Assembly: GCA_034660175.1 (NCBI GenBank)
Contig: JAYEIQ010000018.1
Coordinates: 1-63,312 of the forward strand
Reading direction: 5' to 3'
Origin: Patescibacteria group bacterium
Lineage (GTDB): Bacteria; Patescibacteriota; Minisyncoccia; Moranbacterales; DUUL01
Length of the DNA stretch: 63,312 nt
Every line of letters starts with the position of its first letter. The stretch's first letter is position 1. Of this stretch, positions 28,594 to 38,171 are shown in pieces. A program made the position numbers and the translations under genes. The notes under the pieces were generated by a model, which was not told the origin of the DNA, did not search any database, and saw nothing but the letters and a program-made list of their open reading frames with translations.

Positions 28594-30093
28594 TTAACTT
28601 GGTATATCTTTTTTAAAAAGTAGCATCAATTCTTTCTTTTTTATACCACCTAGTGCAATGAGCCCACCAAAATAAATTAAAGGACATGTGACCACAAGCA
28701 CGAAGAATGGCAAATTTGCAAAAAGTATTAAATATATTGCCATGAGCCCAGCTGAAATGGCAATTGAAGGGAGGCCATCAGCCTTCGGGATGAACTTGAG
28801 ATTTCTCCAAGTGATGAAAATGCCAAAAAGGACTACTAAAAATTCAGTTGCTACTGAGATATATGCGGTTGCAATGTAGGAATATTTTGGAATTAGAAGC
28901 AAGTTCAATGTCAGATTGAAAATTGCTGCAACAAAAAGAGCCCAAAAAAGCTTTTTCTGAAGTTTCGCTGCAATTAAGATGTTGTTAAATAAATGACCAA
29001 AGAAGATGAATGCAATTGAAAAAATAATAATTCGAAGTACAGGTGCGGAACCAGTAAACTCTGGTCCAGCAATTAAATTGATGATTCCCTCAGAAAGCAA
29101 TACTGCTCCAACAACTAATGGTAGAATTAAAATAACAAAAACTTTGAAATTCTTGTTCGCGATTAATTCAAACTTTTTTCTGTTGGTGAAAATGTTGTAT
29201 GCAAAAAGAGGCATTGTGAGTCCAACTATCATCGAGGGAAAGAAACTGAGATTTTCAATGATCTTATAGGCAGCGCCATAGATTCCAACATCTGCCGGGG
29301 GACGCATCAGTGAGAGGATTATTGAGTCAGCTTTGAAATAAACAAAGGTCACAATAACAGAAAGACCGATTGGCATTGCTTGTAAGAGAAACTTTTTCCA
29401 ATATTCAATGTCAAAAGAAAGCTTGAATCTTACAAATTTTCGAGAAATTAAAAACACAACAAAGAAATTAAATGCCATAGTTGCTAAAAGTGTGCTGATG
29501 ATAAAATTGAATCCCAAATCAAGTTTCACACCAATGAAGACCATGATCACTTGTAGGACTTTCCCGCCAAGTTCTGCAAAAGCAACTCTGTCCATCTTGA
29601 GTCTTTTCTGGTATAGACCAACAAGAAGTTGAGTAAATGAAGCAAAGAAAAAGGCGAAAGAAACTATAATTAGAGCCATTTTCAGTTCGCTAGGATAGGG
29701 GAGGAAAAAGATAATAGCAGGAGCTAGGATAACAATGAGCAGTGAAACTACCACACGAAGCCCTGCAACGTTGCTTATAATTTTTTCCTCATCTGCATTT
29801 GGGCGTGAAATTTCACGCGTCATTGTTTGATATAAACCCCAATCTCCGATTGAAATAAAAAACAAAAAGAAGGCTAATGCTGTAACATAAAGACCAAAAC
29901 TTTCTTGTCCTAGATAACGAGTAATGAGGCCAATATTTATGAGTGCGCCAACAGTGCTCAGGACTTTAGATGCTGAAGATGCGACGACGTTATATACAAT
30001 TTTTCGTGAAATAGACAAAATAGTAGCTTTATACTTCTTTAGTACTTCTATCGTCATTATACCATCAATAGCAGACTCAAACGACTGCTGCAT
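28594..30093 (-). CDS. MOP-superfamily flippase (Wzx/MurJ-like polysaccharide or lipid II flippase)
   Basis: 499 aa with about 14 TM segments and the typical N-terminal region ...SKVLSTVGALINIGLITRYLG..FGLY. Confidence 0.75.
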   Translation of the reverse strand: MQQSFESAIDGIMTIEVLKKYKATILSISRKIVYNVVASSASKVLSTVGALINIGLITRYLGQESFGLYVTALAFFLFFISIGDWGLYQTMTREISRPNADEEKIISNVAGLRVVVSLLIVILAPAIIFFLPYPSELKMALIIVSFAFFFASFTQLLVGLYQKRLKMDRVAFAELGGKVLQVIMVFIGVKLDLGFNFIISTLLATMAFNFFVVFLISRKFVRFKLSFDIEYWKKFLLQAMPIGLSVIVTFVYFKADSIILSLMRPPADVGIYGAAYKIIENLSFFPSMIVGLTMPLFAYNIFTNRKKFELIANKNFKVFVILILPLVVGAVLLSEGIINLIAGPEFTGSAPVLRIIIFSIAFIFFGHLFNNILIAAKLQKKLFWALFVAAIFNLTLNLLLIPKYSYIATAYISVATEFLVVLFGIFITWRNLKFIPKADGLPSIAISAGLMAIYLILFANLPFFVLVVTCPLIYFGGLIALGGIKKKELMLLFKKDIPS

Positions 30094-30135
30094 TTTGGCA
30101 GCTCAAAATAATAAATTTCTTATTAAAAAAAGTGT

Positions 30136-30642
30136 TTATAGGTCTAGTTGTTCGGAAATAGAGGATGGTTTGATTACAACTTTTCTTTCCTCGCCTTCTC
30201 CAATGCTTTCAGTTTTTACACCATCTGTTTGAGATAATTCAACGTGTACAAGTCTTCTTTCGAAAGCGTTCATTGGTCGAAGCACAACAGATTTTTTCTC
30301 TTGCATAGCTTTTTCTGCTGACTCTTGAGCAAAATTGATGATTGATTGTCGTTGTTTCTCACGATAGCCATTAACATCGACGTTGAAATCGATTTGTTCT
30401 CCTGCTTTTTTTCTGATCATAATTCTCAAGAGGTGTTGCAACGCAGCAAGGTTGACACCAAACTTTCCAATCAAATATTTTGATTCTGCAAGCTGAATCT
30501 CGACAGAAATTGGAAGATTGTCAGAAGTTTCTTCTTCTGGTGGAATTGTTGTCGAAGTATAGATAGTGGTTTTGAAGCTCATTCTGTCCAAAAGATCTTT
30601 TGTTGTTTCTTCGATTAATTTCTTTTTCTCTTCAAGCTGCAT
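30136..30642 (-). CDS. jag: Jag/KhpB-type RNA-binding protein (KH plus R3H domains)
   Basis: The C-terminal R3H reads LRPMNAFERRLVHVEL. The gene lies directly downstream of yidC. Confidence 0.85.
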   Translation of the reverse strand: MQLEEKKKLIEETTKDLLDRMSFKTTIYTSTTIPPEEETSDNLPISVEIQLAESKYLIGKFGVNLAALQHLLRIMIRKKAGEQIDFNVDVNGYREKQRQSIINFAQESAEKAMQEKKSVVLRPMNAFERRLVHVELSQTDGVKTESIGEGEERKVVIKPSSISEQLDL

Positions 30643-30668
30643 ATCGATTCAGTTTAATATTTAGAAAA

Positions 30669-31439
30669 TTATTTTTCTGTTAAATTATTGGGATTATGGT
30701 TCTTGTCTTTCTTCAGGATCATGTATTGCTGAATAATCATGAAAATAGTTGTAATTGCCCAATATAGAATCAATCCAGAAGGAAAACGAACACCAATAAT
30801 CAGTGTAATAATAGGTCCCATATATATCATTTGTTGTTGCAACATTGTTGAAAAATCTGGCTCATCTTTCTTTTCGTCAGACTTGCTCTTCTTTTCTTCC
30901 CCCTGTTTCTTTTTGTTGTTGAAGATCATCATTTTCCCCTGGACAAACTGCAGTGCTGCAGCAATTATAGCTAGTGGAATGTGAGGCTTTGAAAGATCGA
31001 GAATGCCTAATGAAATTGGATTCAATGTTTCTGGATCTTTCGCAAAGCTATACAAAAGGTCGGTTGTTCCATTTGGATCCAGAGCAAGTAAGAATACTCG
31101 ATAAAGCGCAATTAGAAAGATCAGCTGTATAATCAATGGCAAACATCCTGATGCAGGATTGATCTTCTTTTTTTTGTAGAAGGCCATGACCTTTTGTCCT
31201 TGAAGCTGCTTGTCATTTTTGTACTTCGCTTGAATCTTTTTTATCTCTGGTTGAACCTCCTGCATCTTTTTTTGAGACTCAATAGATTTTTTTGATGTGG
31301 GCAAAAGAAGAAATCGAATTGCTATTGTAAGTAAAACTATTGCGACTCCAAGGTCTGGAATAATCACATACAAAGCAACAAGCGCATTGTATAAAGGTTG
31401 AAATACTATTGCAGTGAATGTGGTTTTTATGAAATCCAT
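30669..31439 (-). CDS. yidC: Membrane protein insertase YidC
   Basis: GVAIVLLTIAIRFLLLP, GCLPLIIQ, and a position within the rpmH-rnpA-yidC-jag cluster. Confidence 0.92.
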   Translation of the reverse strand: MDFIKTTFTAIVFQPLYNALVALYVIIPDLGVAIVLLTIAIRFLLLPTSKKSIESQKKMQEVQPEIKKIQAKYKNDKQLQGQKVMAFYKKKKINPASGCLPLIIQLIFLIALYRVFLLALDPNGTTDLLYSFAKDPETLNPISLGILDLSKPHIPLAIIAAALQFVQGKMMIFNNKKKQGEEKKSKSDEKKDEPDFSTMLQQQMIYMGPIITLIIGVRFPSGLILYWAITTIFMIIQQYMILKKDKNHNPNNLTEK

Positions 31440-31448
31440 GTTTGTTTA

Positions 31449-31796
31449 TTATTGCTTTATAAGCTGAGAAGAAATCAAAGCTTGCTTGATGTTTTTATCT
31501 AGAGAGTCTTTTTTAAGTTCACTTGGAGAAACGTTTCCAAGGAAGAAAACTATATCAAAACCTTTCTTAATGTTGTGTAGATGTTTTCTTGTTTGATTTC
31601 GAAGTATTCTCTTAGCTTTGTTCCTGTCGACTGCCTTTTTCGAGAATTTTACACCAACACTGAATGCTATTCTTGATACACTCAAACTGTTGGGGCAATA
31701 TTTCAAAAATAAAAAACCGCTCTGTGTCGATTTTCCTTTTTTGAACACATTTTCAATTTGATTGGAACTTTTCAATCTGTGCTTGATATCAAGCAT
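31449..31796 (-). CDS. rnpA: Ribonuclease P protein component
   Basis: 115 aa from the internal ATG at 31796 (MLDIKHRLKSSNQIENVFKKGKS...KKAVDRNKAKRILR). It lies downstream of rpmH. Confidence 0.85.
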   Translation of the reverse strand: MLDIKHRLKSSNQIENVFKKGKSTQSGFLFLKYCPNSLSVSRIAFSVGVKFSKKAVDRNKAKRILRNQTRKHLHNIKKGFDIVFFLGNVSPSELKKDSLDKNIKQALISSQLIKQ

Positions 31797-31884
31797 TTCC
31801 GATTCATTAGCTTTTAACTTTAAGCTTCCAGAAAGAGAGAGTCTCCAAATTGTTCTACAAGCCTTTGAGCCACAAGCCAAAAAA

Positions 31885-32022
31885 CTAGACTGACAATTTC
31901 TTGCGTCCTTTTCTTCTGCGATTTTTTAAAACATTCGCACCGTTTTTTGTTGATGAACGTTTGAGAAAGCCATGTCGTCGAGCCCTTCGTCTTTTTTTGG
32001 GTTGATATGTTCTTTTGGGCAT
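31885..32022 (-). CDS. rpmH: 50S ribosomal protein L34 (absent from the ORF track because it is under 60 aa)
   Basis: Hand translation gives [45 protein letters not shown] followed by TAG. This is the canonical L34 sequence pattern. Confidence 0.93.
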   Translation of the reverse strand: MPKRTYQPKKRRRARRHGFLKRSSTKNGANVLKNRRRKGRKKLSV

Positions 32023-32233
32023 TGATCTTTGTTATTGTGGAATTATAGAGTGGCACCACAAAAAGACTTATGTCGAGAGATGCCGACTAAATAAGATTGT
32101 AGCAGTAAGTGTGAGAAAGTCAATGTCTTAGGTAGTGAACATTGTTCATTCTTTCAAGGGAGTGATGAAGGTTATTTTGAAAGAAGTAGTGAGATGGAAT
32201 TGAAAATTGTTTTTTGTGTGATACAATGGAAAC

Positions 32234-32344
32234 ATGCTAAAAAGAACAAGAAAGAAAATCAGGATAGTTTGGATTGCCATTTCACTCTTGGCTGTACTGG
32301 GAATGGTCGGTTTCACGATTGTTCCACTTCTGCAATCAATGTAG
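32234..32344 (+). CDS. Candidate 36-aa single-TM small protein
   Basis: MLKRTRKKIRIVWIAISLLAVLGMVGFTIVPLLQSM has a basic N-terminus followed by one TM. There is no SD. TACAAT lies 6 nt upstream of the ATG, so the transcript may be leaderless. Not in the ORF track. Confidence 0.35.
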   Translation: MLKRTRKKIRIVWIAISLLAVLGMVGFTIVPLLQSM

Positions 32345-32368
32345 AGCAGTGTAGAGCAGTGTAGAGCG
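32341..32368. repeat. Tandem 10-nt repeat (GTAGAGCAGT x2, then GTAGAGCG)
   Basis: The sequence reads gtagagcagt gtagagcagt gtagagcg. It overlaps the stop of the small ORF and lies just upstream of the ftsB-like start. Confidence 0.9.
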
Positions 32369-32389
32369 CAAATATTTTTATCTCTGTTA

Positions 32390-32818
32390 ATGAACAAAAA
32401 ATCTAAAAACAGTTCCAAAAATTCCGCTTTCCGGAGTTTGGTTTATGTTTTTGTGGCCATTTTACTCCTGGCTGTTTTGCTTTATATTACGTATCGTCTT
32501 TCAAATAAAGTTTATCGTCAAAATCAGATAAACACTGAAATAATGAAACTTCAGACAGAGATAACGAACTTAAACCAGGAAAATCAGGACTTGAATGAAT
32601 TGATTGGATATTTGCAAACAGATGAGTTCAGAGAAAAGGAAGCTAAAGACAAGCTCAATCTTATTAAAGAAGGGGAGCGATTGGTGCTTGTGAAAGAAAA
32701 TGAGATGCAAATTGAGCAAATGAACAAGGAGAATGCTCAAAAGCAGGCTGAGATAGTAGTTCATCATGAAAACTATTATTGGTGGTGGCATTATTTTTTC
32801 AGTTTGAGCGGAAAATAG
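32390..32818 (+). CDS. Septum formation initiator family protein (FtsB/DivIC-like)
   Basis: N-terminal TM, then the coiled coil LQTEITNLNQENQDLNELIGYLQTDEFREKEAKDKLNLIKEGERLVLV. Confidence 0.8.
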   Translation: MNKKSKNSSKNSAFRSLVYVFVAILLLAVLLYITYRLSNKVYRQNQINTEIMKLQTEITNLNQENQDLNELIGYLQTDEFREKEAKDKLNLIKEGERLVLVKENEMQIEQMNKENAQKQAEIVVHHENYYWWWHYFFSLSGK

Positions 32819-32924
32819 AACCTAAAAAGATGGGGAAAAGCAATTTTGCTCCGAGCATGATCGGAGCAAAACATGTAGTTAAATTAAGTGATACAAATTT
32901 TTAATCAAGAATAATAAAAAAAGA

Positions 32925-34172
32925 ATGCCAAGTTATGAAAATCTGAGAAATCAGGATTCTGATGTGATGAATGCAGTCAATGAAGAAGCCAAAAGACAAA
33001 TAGAGGAAGTGGAGTTAATTGCTTCTGAGAACTACGTCTCAAAAGCAGTTCTTGAAGCGATGGGAACTGTTTTGACAAATAAATACTCAGAAGGATATCC
33101 AGGGCATCGATATTATGGGGGGAATCAGGTTATAGATGATGTAGAGAATATTGCGATTGATCGAGCAAAAAAAATCTTTGATGCTGAGCATGTGAATGTC
33201 CAGCCACTTTCAGGTTCTCCTGCAAATGCTGCTGTCTATTTTGCATTCTTAAAGCCAGGAGACAAGGTTATGGGTCTCAAGCTTGATCATGGTGGTCATC
33301 TTTCACACGGACATCCCGTTAATTTTTCTGGAATACTCTATAATTTTGTTCAATACGAAGTTGATTCAGAAACTGGTAGGATAGACATGGATCAAGTCGA
33401 GAAAGTTGCAAAGAAAGAAAAGCCTAAAATGATCGTTGCTGGATATAGCGCCTATTCTCGTGAAATTGAATGGGAGAGATTTAAAAAGATTGCTGATGAA
33501 GTCGGGGCTTTTACTTTTGCTGACATTGCTCATACTGCGGGATTGATTGGAGCAGGAAAAATGAATAACCCAGTTCCTTTTTTTGATGTTGTTTCAACAA
33601 CAACTCACAAAACACTTAGAGGACCAAGAGGAGCTATGATAATGTGCAAACAGAGCTTTGCTAAGCAAATTGATAGAGCTGTTTTTCCAGGAATACAGGG
33701 TGGTCCACACGATCACATCACCGCTGCAAAGGCCGTTTCTTTTGGTGAAGTACTAGGCAATGATTTTAAGGAATATGCTGGTCAGGTCATTATCAATGCC
33801 AATGTTATGGCTGAGCAGTTTAAAAATCTTGGCTATAAGGTGATATCTGACGGAACAGATAATCATTCGATGGTGGTTGATATGACAAATAAAAAATTAG
33901 CGGGGAAAGATGCAGAGCAAATTTTTGAAGAAATTGGTATATCTGTTTCTCGTAGCACAATTCCGAATGACCAAAATCCGCCCATGAATCCATCAGGTGT
34001 TCGTTTTGGAACTCCTGCAGCAACAACTAGAGGGATGAAGGAAGAAGAGATGAAAAAAATCGTGACTTGGATTGATGATGCGATTTCAAACAAAGACAAT
34101 GAGGAGAATTTGAAAGAAATAAAAAAGAAAATTAAACATATGTGTTTAGAATTTCCAATTCCGAGCATATAA
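32925..34172 (+). CDS. glyA: Serine hydroxymethyltransferase
   Basis: LIASENYVS, VQPLSGSPAN, TTTHKTLRGPRG and RFGTPAATTRG. Confidence 0.96.
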   Translation: MPSYENLRNQDSDVMNAVNEEAKRQIEEVELIASENYVSKAVLEAMGTVLTNKYSEGYPGHRYYGGNQVIDDVENIAIDRAKKIFDAEHVNVQPLSGSPANAAVYFAFLKPGDKVMGLKLDHGGHLSHGHPVNFSGILYNFVQYEVDSETGRIDMDQVEKVAKKEKPKMIVAGYSAYSREIEWERFKKIADEVGAFTFADIAHTAGLIGAGKMNNPVPFFDVVSTTTHKTLRGPRGAMIMCKQSFAKQIDRAVFPGIQGGPHDHITAAKAVSFGEVLGNDFKEYAGQVIINANVMAEQFKNLGYKVISDGTDNHSMVVDMTNKKLAGKDAEQIFEEIGISVSRSTIPNDQNPPMNPSGVRFGTPAATTRGMKEEEMKKIVTWIDDAISNKDNEENLKEIKKKIKHMCLEFPIPSI

Positions 34173-34193
34173 AATAAAAGTATAATCTATTAC

Positions 34194-34356
34194 ATGAAGG
34201 TGTATTCCGTAGCACCAGGAGGTACAATTGATGTCGCACTTGAGAGAGCAGAGGAAACGGGTATCAAGAAAAATAGCAATCGGTGAAAATGGTTTTATAG
34301 TAATGATCGAAGACTCTGAAGTCAATGGAATTTCAATTTATTCTATGAAAGGGTAA
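34194..34356 (+). pseudogene. Small ORF split by a 1-nt frame change at an A-run (about 34268-34273)
   Basis: Frame 1 gives MKVYSVAPGGTIDVALERAEETGIKKNSNR and then a stop. The shifted frame continues ...IAIGENGFIVMIEDSEVNGISIYSMKG and then a stop. TATAAT lies 7 nt upstream of the ATG. Family unknown. Confidence 0.3.
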
Positions 34357-34461
34357 TGGCACAAGAAACAAGAAAAAGAGTGTAATAAGGGCAACAATTA
34401 TTATAATAAAAAAAAATCATTCAGATGTTTAAAATTCGAAAAATCTTTTGCAATATAGTAT

Positions 34462-35112
34462 ATGAAGAAAAAGTTCAATAAAAGCAATAAAAACGATCTG
34501 CTCAAAACAATAGGAATAGTTTCAATGCTCGTTGATCATGTGGGGCTTATATTATTTCCACAAGTTCAGATTTTTAGAGCTATTGGTCGTCTGGCATTTC
34601 CGGTTTTTGCTTTTGCTATATCTGATGGATATAGATATACATCGAACCTGAAAAAATATTTTTTTAGGCTTTTAATTTTTGCTGTTGTGTCTCAAATACC
34701 TTTCATGTTGGCAATCAATCCATGGAAGCTAAATGTTATTTTTACTTTGGTGCTGAGCCTTGCAGTGCTACATTTTTTCAGTAAGAAAAATTATATCGTT
34801 GTGATCATTTTGGTAACAGTGTCAGTTATTATTCCAATGGATTTTGGGATATATGGGGCTTTGGCGGCATCAATATTCTATTTTTTTAAGAACAAGAATC
34901 ATCAAATTGGAGCCTTTGTTTTACTGACGATTGTTCATGTTACAATCTTGGGATGGGCGCTTCAACTTCTCTCAATATTCGGAGTGTTGATTATTTTGTT
35001 TTTTCCAGATAGAATGCCGAAAGTCCAACTTCCAAGATATTTTTTCTATTGGTTCTATCCAGTACACTTGCTTTTGTTGTTTGTGATAAAACAATATTTA
35101 ATGACAAACTAA
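34462..35112 (+). CDS. TraX family membrane protein
   Basis: LKTIGIVSMLVDHVG...GRLAFPVFAFAISDGYRYTSN, and multi-TM. Confidence 0.75.
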   Translation: MKKKFNKSNKNDLLKTIGIVSMLVDHVGLILFPQVQIFRAIGRLAFPVFAFAISDGYRYTSNLKKYFFRLLIFAVVSQIPFMLAINPWKLNVIFTLVLSLAVLHFFSKKNYIVVIILVTVSVIIPMDFGIYGALAASIFYFFKNKNHQIGAFVLLTIVHVTILGWALQLLSIFGVLIILFFPDRMPKVQLPRYFFYWFYPVHLLLLFVIKQYLMTN

Positions 35113-35122
35113 CAATGTTTAA

Positions 35123-35965
35123 ATGGCAGAAATAATTGATGGAAAAAAAATTGCGAAGGAGCTGAACAAAAAAACTCTCAGAGAAATTGAAGATCTGGAT
35201 GGAAAAAGGCCTGGTTTGGCCATAATTTTGGTTGGTCAAAAAGAGGATTCAAAACTGTATGTTGACCTGAAGGAAAAAGAGGCTCGTAAAGTTGGAATTG
35301 AAACCCATGTATACAAATGCGCAGAGGATACAGAAGAAGAAAAAGTGTTGGAAATTATTGAGCATCTGAACGTTGATGATGAAATTGATGCAATTTTAGT
35401 TCAACTGCCACTTCCAAAAAATTTTAATACTAGCAAAATCATCAAGGCAATTGAGCTAAAAAAAGATGTTGATCTCTTTCATCCGGAAAACATAAAGATC
35501 TTGCAATCAACATGTAGTCATAATCATATGATGCCACCCGTATTAGGTGTTGTTCTTGAGATGCTTGAGAAAATAAACTTTGACGCTAAAGAGAAAACTG
35601 GTTGTGTGATTGCGAATTCGGACATCTTTGGTGAAAGCTTGGCAAAAGTTCTGCAATGCAAAGGGATGCATATCGAATCTTGTGGACCAGACGACGCTGA
35701 TTTGGTTGAGAAAACTTTGAAAGCAGATGTTTTGATTAGTGCGATTGGGCGTCCTGGCTTTGTTGGAGCTGAGATGGTGAAAAATGATGCAGTTGTGATT
35801 GATGTGGGTATAACGAAAAGAGGAAAAAAAGTTCTGGGAGATGTTGATTTTGATGATGTCGAAAAAAAAGCATCATACATCACTCCTGTTCCAGGGGGGG
35901 TTGGACCAGCAACCGTTGCTATGTTATTATTGAACACAGTTAGATTGGCAACAAATAATAAATAA
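35123..35965 (+). CDS. folD: Bifunctional methylenetetrahydrofolate dehydrogenase/cyclohydrolase
   Basis: IIDGKKIA, PGLAIILVG, YV..K, ILVQLPLP and TPVPGGVGP. Confidence 0.94.
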   Translation: MAEIIDGKKIAKELNKKTLREIEDLDGKRPGLAIILVGQKEDSKLYVDLKEKEARKVGIETHVYKCAEDTEEEKVLEIIEHLNVDDEIDAILVQLPLPKNFNTSKIIKAIELKKDVDLFHPENIKILQSTCSHNHMMPPVLGVVLEMLEKINFDAKEKTGCVIANSDIFGESLAKVLQCKGMHIESCGPDDADLVEKTLKADVLISAIGRPGFVGAEMVKNDAVVIDVGITKRGKKVLGDVDFDDVEKKASYITPVPGGVGPATVAMLLLNTVRLATNNK

Positions 35966-36001
35966 TTTTTGTTTGTAAGGTTTTTTGATTGATATAAAAA
36001 A

Positions 36002-37354
36002 ATGTCAAGAAAGAAAAAAATTTTAATAGTTATTGGTGCGATTTTGATGTTCGCTGTGATTGTTTTTATTGTTAGAAGAGATAAAGATGAGGTGGAATAC
36101 AAAACAGAAGGAGCGCAGTTAAAATCGATTCAGCAAACAGTGTCTGCAACTGGAGAGCTTGTTTCGGAAGAAGAGATAAATTTGAATTTTGAGACATCTG
36201 GAAGGATCAAAACAATAAAAACATTTGTTGGAAAGAAGGTTGCCAAAGGAGAAATATTGGCAACCATTGATGCAGATGAATTTGGACAGCAACTCAGACA
36301 GGCTGAAGCATCTTTGGAGCAAGCACTTGCATCTGCTGGAGCGAATGATGATGTGACACGAGAAGCAGAGGAGGTATATGATGATGCAAAGGATTTTTTG
36401 GGTGCAACAGAAGAGTTGGAGGATCAAAAAGTTGATGCGGTAGATCAAGCGTTTGAAGACGCTGATGACTACTATGACATTGTTAAGGATTATTATGATC
36501 AGGAGGTTGCTGATCATGGTGCAAGCAGTCAAGAGGCTAACTATGCTCGAATTAGTCTCAAGTCTGCTGAGAGTAGTAAAAACGCTGCAGAGGAAGCAAA
36601 ATCAACAACAAGAAAAGCAAGGGAAGTGAGCATTCAATCAGCCGAAAACTCAAAAAACCTTGCCTCAGAAAGACTGAGATCCGCAAAATCAGAATATGTG
36701 AAACGAAGCAGTGATTTTGCTGTTGAAAGTGCGCGAGCTACTTATAATATTGCACTCATGAATCTGGATAAGACCTCTTTGAAGGCTCCGGCAAATGGTG
36801 TGATCACGCAAGTGACTTACAAGGTGGGTGAGGTTTTGGGTTCAGCATCCTTTGATCTTGCTTCCAGCGCAACAACAGCTTCTGCTCGAATGATCTCCTC
36901 AGACTTTGTTATTGAATCACAAATTCCAGAATCAGATGTTACTAAGATCAAGAAAGGACAGGGTGCTACAGTGACGTTTGATGCTCTCAATGAAAGTGAA
37001 ACTTTTGCATCGGAAGTTATTGGCATTGAACCTGCAGCAACAGTGATTCAGGATGTTGTTTATTATAAAATAAAGTTGAGACTTTCCAATTTGGATGCTC
37101 GTCTGAAATCAGGCATGAGTGCTGATGTAGATATTCATACAGCAGAAAAAAGCGATGTCATCGCAATTCCTCAGCGAGCAGTCAAAGAACTAGATGGTAG
37201 GAAGATAGTTGAGGTTCTGAGCGAAGATGGAAACATTAACAGAGTTGAGGTGAAAACCGGACTTCGAGGTGACAATGGGTTAATTGAAATAGTTTCAGGA
37301 CTTGATGGGGGAGAGAGTGTGATCACATTTGTATTGAATGAGAAAGAGGAATGA
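36002..37354 (+). CDS. Efflux transporter periplasmic adaptor (HlyD/MacA family)
   Basis: N-terminal TM, a lipoyl-like GEILATID, a long helical hairpin, then LKAPANGVITQV...GMSADVDI. Confidence 0.8.
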   Translation: MSRKKKILIVIGAILMFAVIVFIVRRDKDEVEYKTEGAQLKSIQQTVSATGELVSEEEINLNFETSGRIKTIKTFVGKKVAKGEILATIDADEFGQQLRQAEASLEQALASAGANDDVTREAEEVYDDAKDFLGATEELEDQKVDAVDQAFEDADDYYDIVKDYYDQEVADHGASSQEANYARISLKSAESSKNAAEEAKSTTRKAREVSIQSAENSKNLASERLRSAKSEYVKRSSDFAVESARATYNIALMNLDKTSLKAPANGVITQVTYKVGEVLGSASFDLASSATTASARMISSDFVIESQIPESDVTKIKKGQGATVTFDALNESETFASEVIGIEPAATVIQDVVYYKIKLRLSNLDARLKSGMSADVDIHTAEKSDVIAIPQRAVKELDGRKIVEVLSEDGNINRVEVKTGLRGDNGLIEIVSGLDGGESVITFVLNEKEE

Positions 37355-37407
37355 AAGTTCTAATACAACAAATTCAGGCTCTGAATTTTCAAAAATAATA
37401 AAAACAA

Positions 37408-37433
37408 CAGAGCCCGTTTGGGCTCTGTTTGAT
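37408..37433 (+). terminator. Intrinsic-terminator-like hairpin between the adaptor and ABC ATPase genes
   Basis: CAGAGCCC-gttt-GGGCTCTG followed by TTTGATT. Confidence 0.5.
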
Positions 37434-37441
37434 TAAAATAC

Positions 37442-38167
37442 ATGACAAACCTAATTCAGGTAAAAGGACTATCAAAGACTTATGTTAATGAGGGAGTGGA
37501 AACTTGCGCTGTTCGAAAAGTTGATTTTGAGATTAAGAAAGGAGAGTTTGTTGCGATCATGGGACCTAGTGGCTCTGGAAAGTCTACATTGATGCAAGTG
37601 TTGGGCTTTCTTGATCGACCGACTGAAGGCAGTTATGTTTTTGAAAGCAAGGACACAAAAAAATTTGATGATGATCAATTAGCCGACATTAGGAACAGGA
37701 AGATCGGTTTTGTATTTCAATCGTTCAATCTTCTTGCAAGAACTTCTGTTTATGAGAATGTTGAGCTTCCTCTCTTGTATGATCACAGAAGATCAAGAAT
37801 AAATGAAGGAAAGATTATCAGAAACGCTCTCAAATCGGTTATGCTTGATCATCGCATTAACTATTCATCAAATCAACTTTCAGGTGGCGAGAAGCAGCGC
37901 GTAGCAATTGCACGAGCTCTTGTGAATAATCCCGATATTATTTTTGCTGATGAACCAACTGGAAATTTGGATTCAAAGTCTGGGTTGCAAATTATGAAAA
38001 TATTAGAAAAGCTCAATGATGCTGGAAAAACAGTAATTCTCGTTACTCACGAAACATACACTGCTCAGCACGCTAAAAGGATAATCCAAATGATTGATGG
38101 CGAAATTGTTTCAGATGAAACGGTCGACAGAAGACGTGTTGTTAAAGATGGCGAACTTTTGAAATAA
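37442..38167 (+). CDS. ABC transporter ATP-binding protein (MacB/LolD-like)
   Basis: Walker [10 protein letters not shown], signature LSGGEKQR, and Walker [13 protein letters not shown]. Confidence 0.93.
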   Translation: MTNLIQVKGLSKTYVNEGVETCAVRKVDFEIKKGEFVAIMGPSGSGKSTLMQVLGFLDRPTEGSYVFESKDTKKFDDDQLADIRNRKIGFVFQSFNLLARTSVYENVELPLLYDHRRSRINEGKIIRNALKSVMLDHRINYSSNQLSGGEKQRVAIARALVNNPDIIFADEPTGNLDSKSGLQIMKILEKLNDAGKTVILVTHETYTAQHAKRIIQMIDGEIVSDETVDRRRVVKDGELLK

Positions 38168-38171
38168 AACA

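Noticed and set aside
31820-32059. 79-aa ORF-track entry on the minus strand
   Set aside because: It is out of frame with, and overlaps, the unmistakable rpmH (L34) coding sequence at complement 31885-32022.
32023-32233. oriC or DnaA boxes next to the rpmH-rnpA-yidC-jag cluster
   Set aside because: The best matches to TTATCCACA/TGTGGATAA that I found are only 5-6 of 9 (for example TGTGGAATT at about 32036). No dnaA gene is present. There is no basis to call an origin.
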